A stretch of DNA of 58,761 nucleotides, counting the filler, from Ionaspis alba (Eukaryota): assembly GCA_964255285.1 (NCBI GenBank). It is 4 parts of 4 records of this genome, joined end to end, with 100 filler letters (N's around TTAATTAATTAA, not from the genome) between each part and the next. Parts side by side here need not be neighbours in the genome. Positions count along the whole stretch, not along the records: positions 44,156 to 58,761 come from CAXUUL010000412.1; 3 more parts are not named here. One strand, 5' to 3'. Below, piece by piece: positions 52,112 to 58,761 of this stretch. The notes beneath the pieces were generated by a model. The model was not told the origin of the DNA. It was given only the letters and a program-made list of their open reading frames with translations, and made no database searches. Every line of letters begins with the position of its first letter. Position 1 is the stretch's first letter. Both the position numbers and the translations under genes were made by a program.

Positions 52112-54311
52112 ATGTCTGACAAGTTGACTCGGCACGTTATCTCACAGGGTCATCTATGTAGTATTAGTGCTAATCTTCTGCCTTGCATAGTATTGCGATT
52201 GTCAATAATGACAAGGTGCCACCTCCCTACTCGCCCCTCCAAGAGGCCCCTCCAAGAAGTACATATGCTAAGCATCGATGAAATCCGTCCAGTGCAAACC
52301 AAAGGTCTGCCAACTACCAACTCCACCTACATGCACGGTCGACTTATGAAGTTTAGAAATGCCGGCAAGAATGCAAGAAGTCCTGTCCTGTGGTCCGAAC
52401 TGGCAAGCTGTGCATCGAGGTCACACCAGAATCAAAAATTGCCTTTATCTCAGAGCGTCTATGCATTGGTTGTGGTATCTGCGTAAAAAAGTGCCCATTC
52501 AGTGCCATTAACATCATCAATTTGCCCACCAATCTCGAGTCCCAAGTTACCCATAGATACTCGGCCAACAGCTTCAAGCTCCATCGACTGCCGATGCCCC
52601 GTCCTGGACAGGTATTGGGGCTTGTGGGTACAAACGGAATTGGCAAGAGTACAGCGTTGAAGATTCTCAGTGGCAAGCTCAAGCCAAATTTGGGGAGATA
52701 TGACAACCCGCCGGATTGGGAGGAAATATTGAAGTACTTCCGGGGCTCCGAGCTCCAAAGTAAGTTCTCTCAAGTGGCGATATGTGGGACCTCTAACGGA
52801 TTTCAGATTATTTCACCAAGGTTCTGGAGGATGATCTGAAGGCTGTTGTGAAGCCCCAATATGTTGATCAGATTCCCAAGGCTTTGAAGGGGTCCGATCG
52901 TTCTGTTGAGGGTCTCCTGAAAGCACGTTCCCAGATGAACAATCTCGACAAGATCTTGGATGTGCTAGGTATAGATTATGTTTCCTTCCTCTGACCTTAG
53001 CTAACATCTCTACAGAACTCGAGCAAGTTCTTGACCGAGACATCGATAAGCTTTCGGGCGGGGAATTGCAAAGATTCGCTATCGGTATCGTCTGTGTACA
53101 ACAAGCGGATGTGTAAGGAGATTCACAAGCCAATTTTGGCCTACTTTGACCAGACTTATAGGTACATGTTCGACGAGCCGTCGTCCTACCTCGATGTAAA
53201 GCAACGCCTCAATGCTGCCAGGACCATACGTGATCTGCTTCGTCCTGATGACTACGTGATTGTTGTCGAGCACGATCTGTCAGTGCTGGACTACCTTTCC
53301 GATTTCATATGCGTTCTCTACGGAAAGCCAGCTGTTTACGGTGTTGTGACGTTGCCGGCTTCAGTCCGCGAAGGTATCAATATTTTCCTGGACGGCAACA
53401 TTCCAACGGAGAATCTTCGCTTTCGGGAGGAATCCTTGACTTTCCGCATTGCCGAGGCTGGAGATGACTTTCTAGTCGATAAGGATCGCGCCTTCAGCTA
53501 TCCAGCTATGGAGAAGACTCTGGGCGGGTTCCATCTGAAGATCGAACCTGGACAGTTTACGGACTCGGAAATCATTGTCATGATGGGCGAAAATGGAACT
53601 GGGAAGACTACGTTCTGCAGAATGCTAGCAGGCGCGGAGAAGCCGGACGGAACCAAATCGGTGCCTCAAATGAACATCTCCATGAAGCCGCAGAAGATCA
53701 CCCCCAAGTTCACTGGAACGGTACGGCAGCTGTTTTTCAAGAAGATCAAGGCATCGTTCTTGAATCCTCAGTTCCAGACAGACGTGTACAAACCCCTGAA
53801 ACTGGACGATTTCATAGATCAGGAAGTGCAGAATCTGTCGGGTGGTGAATTGCAGCGTGTCGCTATCGTCCTCGCCCTTGGAATGCCAGCGGACATCTAC
53901 CTGATCGACGAACCAAGCGCTTACCTTGATTCTGAGCAGCGTATTGTTGCTGCTCGTGTGATCAAGCGCTTCATCATGCACGCCAAGAAGACAGCGTTTG
54001 TGGTCGAGCACGATTTCATAATGGCTACTTACCTGGCAGATCGTGTCATTGTCTTTGATGGACAGCCATCGGTGGATGCAAGAGCCAATACTCCCGAGAG
54101 TCTATTGACGGGCTGTAACAAGTTCTTGAAGAATCTCGATGTTACCTTCAGACGTGACCCTAACAGCTTCCGACCTCGGATCAACAAGAACAACAGTCAA
54201 CTGGATCAGGAACAGAAGTTGAACGGAAACTACGTGAGTCCAATACATTCCGAAACGACCCATACGTGCATACTGACCTTCTCATAGTTCTTCCTCGAAG
54301 ATGATAGTTGA
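52112..54311 (+). CDS. RLI1: ABCE1/Rli1 Fe-S ABC ATPase, ribosome recycling factor
   Basis: [43 protein letters not shown], two Walker A motifs ([16 protein letters not shown]) and two LSGGELQ. Introns 52132-52190, 52216-52292, 52305-52356, 52760-52806, 52969-53015, 53113-53161 and 54234-54287; last exon FFLEDDS*. Confidence 0.96.
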
Positions 54312-54531
54312 GAAGGGCGGCCCAAACGACAAGCATTCTAACGGGGATCATGCATTAGACAGAGGCGTTCCCGCGTTTTCCGGCATTGGTAAAGGCGCTG
54401 GCCAGCGCAGAGCAGGTCTCATTGACGATGAAGAATGTTCTGATGAAGACAATGATGACGACATACCGGGGCGACGGCAGTCGACCTCCTGCCACCTAAG
54501 TGCTGCTTCCTATGACAGCATACGCGACTAA
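54301..54531 (+). CDS. Candidate 76-aa ORF overlapping the RLI1 stop (alternative C-terminal exon or downstream ORF)
   Basis: ATG at 54301 lies 8 nt upstream of the RLI1 TGA (54309-54311) in another frame. The peptide has a G/R-rich core followed by an acidic tract. Confidence 0.4.
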   Translation: MIVEKGGPNDKHSNGDHALDRGVPAFSGIGKGAGQRRAGLIDDEECSDEDNDDDIPGRRQSTSCHLSAASYDSIRD

Positions 54532-55008
54532 CAGCACGACTCATGACTGGCGCCTTCGAAATGAAGTAGAGGATGGTGGGTCAAGTTAGGTGATTGCCGT
54601 CTGGTTCAAGCATGACTTCAGCGGTGGAAGCATTATAGTGGGTGTGGTGATATGAAGAGCGCAGTCATTGAGCTAAGAAGTCATCTACAAGTAGGAGATA
54701 TTACGTACGAGAATCAAGGATTATGTTGTCTGATGTTGACCAACCGATCGGACTCTTTGAAGCTGGTAGTGACGGTGACAATGACAGCAGGACAGGAAAG
54801 TCCAGGCTGCAACTTGACGTACCTAGATTAACACGGTCCCATGGCCCCACATCCAGCATACTTCCTAAACGAACCTCCTCGCCTAGCAATTGCCCCTGCT
54901 GTAGATGAAGTAGCACACATTCGACAATATCGAGTGTACTAACCTTCATCCCTTTCTCAATTCCGTATCAATCGCTCCACGCAACTCCCCACTCTAGCCG
55001 CTTCCCGC

Positions 55009-57401
55009 CTACTCCTCCTCCACCATCTCCCCCTCCTCACTTCCCGAATGCACCGCCACCTCCTCCTTAGCCGGCACAGGCGGACTTCGACTCTTCCTCT
55101 TCACCAAACTCCTCTCCACACGAACTCTCTTCCGACTTCCCACACTCTCTCCATCACTATCACCTCTTCTTCTCCTTCCTCCACTCCCATAATCCAATTC
55201 ATCCCTCCCACCCCTCGGGTCACCCCTTGTTCGATACAGCCTCTCCCTTTCTTCCTCCCTGTCTCGTCTCCCATCACGATCGTAGCTTGCCAATCTCCCT
55301 TCCGCATGTCTGCTCGATATCCGCTCGTGCCGATCCCGCTCCACGCGATCACGAGGTGGTGGCGAAAGCCCAGTGGCGCTCGATTTCCTATACTGGCGTT
55401 CGCGTTCCGCAATAGCTTTCCGGCGATCCGCTTCGTAAGCATCTGGCTCCGGAGTACGACTCGCTCTGCCTTTCGGCTCCCGGCGACGATCTGAATGCCC
55501 ATTCCGCAGATCCCGGTCCCGATCGCGTTCCCGCTCACGGTCATGATGCTCTCGCTTGCTGGCCCTCTCTTTCTCGCGCTCTTTTTCTGCATCCTCTTCT
55601 TTTTCCCGGAGACGGCGGATCACCTTGTCGAATGCTTGGCGGCGCAAATCATCTGAGTCTAAAGCTTTGTATTCGTCCAAGTGGATGATTTGTGGGCGGA
55701 CTGATTCGAACTTGGACATGGAGTGTACGGGCGGGTTGTCGAGGTGTTTGATTTTGGAGCGCAGAGCGTCGATGAGGCGGCGTTGGTGGCGTTCGGAGGC
55801 GTGCTTGTCATCTTCAGTACGACGGATTACTTTTTCAAGGAGGCGGTTGAAGATTAGAGTGAGCGTTTCCTCGGGCACCGGTGCTGTACGTCGGTCCGTA
55901 GACATCAGATCTAGGAACTCAGGTAGACTAGTTTTCGGTGTGATTTCGTAGCGTTTGTCCTCCAGAACATCGTAGACGTCATTCCGGACGAGACGTAGAG
56001 CGCGCTCTTCTTCTTCGACCATGTCCCAGAAAAGATCGAGAGGTGTGGACCCGGCTTGACCGAGCATGGTTGTATAACGGGGCTCGGATTGGATTTCAGG
56101 GTAGATCTGCATCCATTTCGTACCAGCTTTGATCTTTCCTGCTGATTTCAATTCCTGGAGCAGAGTTAGGAATCGGTCTCTGTTCTGGCGCTCCCTCCTA
56201 GCTTTGGAATTCTTCTCGCGCTGGCGCTCGTCGTTGAAATTGCGTTCCAAGGACTTGATGTGATTCTCGAATGCAGTCAAAATGTCTGATTTGCTCAGTG
56301 TCTTGAACTTTTCGTCTTCAGTAAATCTATCGTTGGATAGGATGATTGTGTGAGCTTCAGCCCATCTCGTATACGGCTCGAGATCGAGAGCTTTAAGAAT
56401 TCCAACCAGCTCATCCATTGCAGATTTTCTAGTTATAGCTTCACGTTCCACATTGACCTTCTTCAGCTCAACAATATATTCTTCAAAAAGTTGACGACGT
56501 TCGGTGTCATCGTTGGTAGAGCGGAAAATCGTTTCCCGCTCGATGATGGGTCTTGCAGTTTTCCAGCGAGTGTAGTGCTTGATTTCGGGATGACTCCTCA
56601 ACATAATTCCGAAATCACTGCGAAGCTTTGCCAGTCTCTCCTTCGCTCGGTCCTTCTCCTGTGCCCGGACCTCTACTGCATATTTCTCGAAAGCCGCCTT
56701 TCGATCTTTAGGATCTTTCAAAGCTCGATATTGTGGATCTTTTATCGTAGCTCGCATCGTCTGCTCCCATGTCCAGTCCGGTTGTACATTCGATCGTCGA
56801 AGCAGCTTAATGAATGCTGCCTCGCCCTCCTCGAACGTAGAGTACTCTGGATCCGTGGATGCTGGCTGGAATGTTGGTCCGCGCGCGCCATTTGTATCGC
56901 TTTGACCATATCCAATCTGCCTCTCAGGCCCAACGCGTTCTCCGTAGTCGTCTCGGTCGCGCTGCTGCTGGGGATATGAAGGAAAAGAACTCGTGCCGCC
57001 GGCAACGAATTGTTGTGCACTAGATGTATTCAGCAAGAAAGATAGCAAGATCAAGACTAAGACTCACGGTGGAGGTATTTTGGCGGCAGGCTGAGACTGC
57101 GCCAGAGCGCTTTTGTAGACCTCTGGCATTTCCCACGAGCTTGCCTTCGTCTCTGTATTGTACCAATACTTGCGCCCTCCCTCCGACGTATATTCCTTCC
57201 ATGGTTGATTTGCGAGAGCACGCTGTATTACATCAGTGTCAGGAGTCCAGTGTAGGAGCCTCGATATCCTACCTCTGCCGGACTCATGAGCTCTGCTGGC
57301 TTGGTCCATTGTGTCGCCTTAGTCTGAGTGTTGTAGTAGTAGACACGACCTTCCGGCGTACTGGCCTGGCTCCACGAAGACTCCATGGGAACACTGTTCA
57401 T
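55009..57401 (-). CDS. PRP40: U1 snRNP-associated splicing factor with 2 WW and several FF domains
   Basis: WW1 WSQASTPEGRVYYYNTQTKATQWTKP, WW2 WKEYTSEGGRKYWYN...SSWEMP, FF repeats (AFIKLL...WEQ...DPQY), GSTPLDLFWD and terminal SEEGEM. Introns 57223-57272 and 57020-57067. Confidence 0.95.
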
Positions 57402-57688
57402 CTAACTGTTGCGTTCTACTGGTCGTGAGCAGAAATGTGCCGTTAAAGATAATTTGAAATTTAGCTTCGGCCCTCCTCTAGGCTAGAGCCACCCTTGCTC
57501 GACTCGGTACTGACCTAATGTACGAGGACAGGAAATGTGGACCAATAACAGTCGGTCAACCTAAACAATAAATTGTCTCGCGCTCACCCGTCTTAAATAC
57601 TCAGAGTGCGATACTAATGGTTTTGGGTGCCATGGCATACACGATATGTTCATTCAATCGAGCGCAATGCCTCTGAAGGTTCACAATC

Positions 57689-58761
57689 ATGTCTAGCAGC
57701 ATTCAGGAAATCACTGAAAGATCAGTGTTGGATATTGTTATACCTGAAGCATCTGAATTGGACATTGAAGATGCACTTAGGTCTTCAAGTACAACAAATG
57801 ACGATTCGAACACAGCCACAATAATCAGTTCGATAACTCAGCGACAATTGTTGTTCTTCGGTATGCTTTCACCGTTGGTCCTCTAAACACTATATCTTAC
57901 TCATTCTTAGGATAAATGCAGATGAGAAGATTTATATTTATGTTGTACTCCGTACACCTTATCAGGATGAAAGAACACTCAGACCTATTCTTTCGAAACT
58001 CTCGGTTGCTCTGGAAGCTCATGCAGTCAGTTCTGTAGCACCAAGAGACTCTAACGGGAATGCTCCATCCGGAGCACCTGGTAACCAGACCAGAGATGTG
58101 ATCTGGACGGGGAAGATCGATGTTTCAGAAGATCCTATTATAGTAGTTGAAGAGTCCGAGGAGAAAAACAGAGGTCCCGCCCTGCTGATCATCTGGAAGC
58201 TTACTGCATTCTTGAGTGAGCATATCCAATTGAGCTTCATGTGGAGAAAGATTCTTATTTCGGCACAGGTCGTCCAAGGATAAGGTTGCAAGCTCCAGCA
58301 ATTCTTTTCAAAGTTTCAGCATCGCTACAGGCAGCTTCGCAACTTAATGGAGAACAGGACTCCGCAGCCTATCTACCGAGTGGTGTGCCATTTCCTGTCA
58401 ATCTTCTTCAACCCTTACAGGATGATCCCGCGCTTAAGGGAAATGTTCCCTACCTATCCTCTCTACGGCTAGCTCGGTCGAACCCAGCATCCCGCTCCTT
58501 CCGTTCAGATACTGCCCCTATCAGAGTACTTTCTAGAAAGGCATTCCGGGCTTTGCCTGCAATCAGCACGCGCATGAGATATCATAAGGCAAATGTGCCA
58601 GGGAGTAAACCAGGCATTATTGCAACTCTGGAAGTCGAGGTTCCAGCCTTTGGACCTCATGCTGTAGAGCTCCGCTCTGTTCATCTAGAGCTTGCTCACG
58701 GGAGTGCTCAAGATATGGTCTCTAATACAGTGCTTAAGCTGCCAATGAAGTGCCGGCGCAG
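57689..58761 (+). CDS. Probable TRAPP II subunit Trs65-like protein, runs off the window end
   Basis: SVLDIVIP...SITQRQLLFF|DEKIYIYVVLRTP, IWKLTAFL|SRPRIRLQ.P and YLPSGVP..VNLLQPL. Introns at about 57861-57921 and 58216-58268; family from recall of the N-terminal motif. Confidence 0.6.

Overview
Gene-dense region of a filamentous ascomycete (Pezizomycotina) draft genome. It has short GT-AG introns with CTRAY-type branch points and about 26 mostly housekeeping genes: DnaJ/Djp1-like, ERG9, a BBE-like flavo-oxidase, an F-box-like protein, GPI14, TRAX, an RPEL protein, ACH1, a histidine-phosphatase-family protein, GPI8, CCDC124/Lso2-like, NMT1/THI5, a PCI protein, a BTB protein, Lcp5-like, a Rab5-family GTPase, FPGS, NOP7, Mtc4-like, SSADH, RCF1, CHD1, RLI1, PRP40 and Trs65-like. 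Five 100-nt assembly gaps interrupt it; three carry an artificial TTAATTAATTAA spacer, so gene order across them is not guaranteed. The best-supported non-coding element is a TPP riboswitch in the NMT1 5'-UTR intron, with a visible anti-splice-site helix and a uORF trap. The most novel candidate is a protein-like 76-codon ORF whose AUG overlaps the end of RLI1/ABCE1 (alternative C-terminus or recycling-sensitive reinitiation). Also present: a GC-AG intron and 12-nt micro-exon in RLI1, a decayed 6-phosphogluconate-dehydrogenase-like remnant and two long structured introns. No transposon, tRNA or rRNA was recognised. Family assignments come from motifs recognised by eye; no searches were run.
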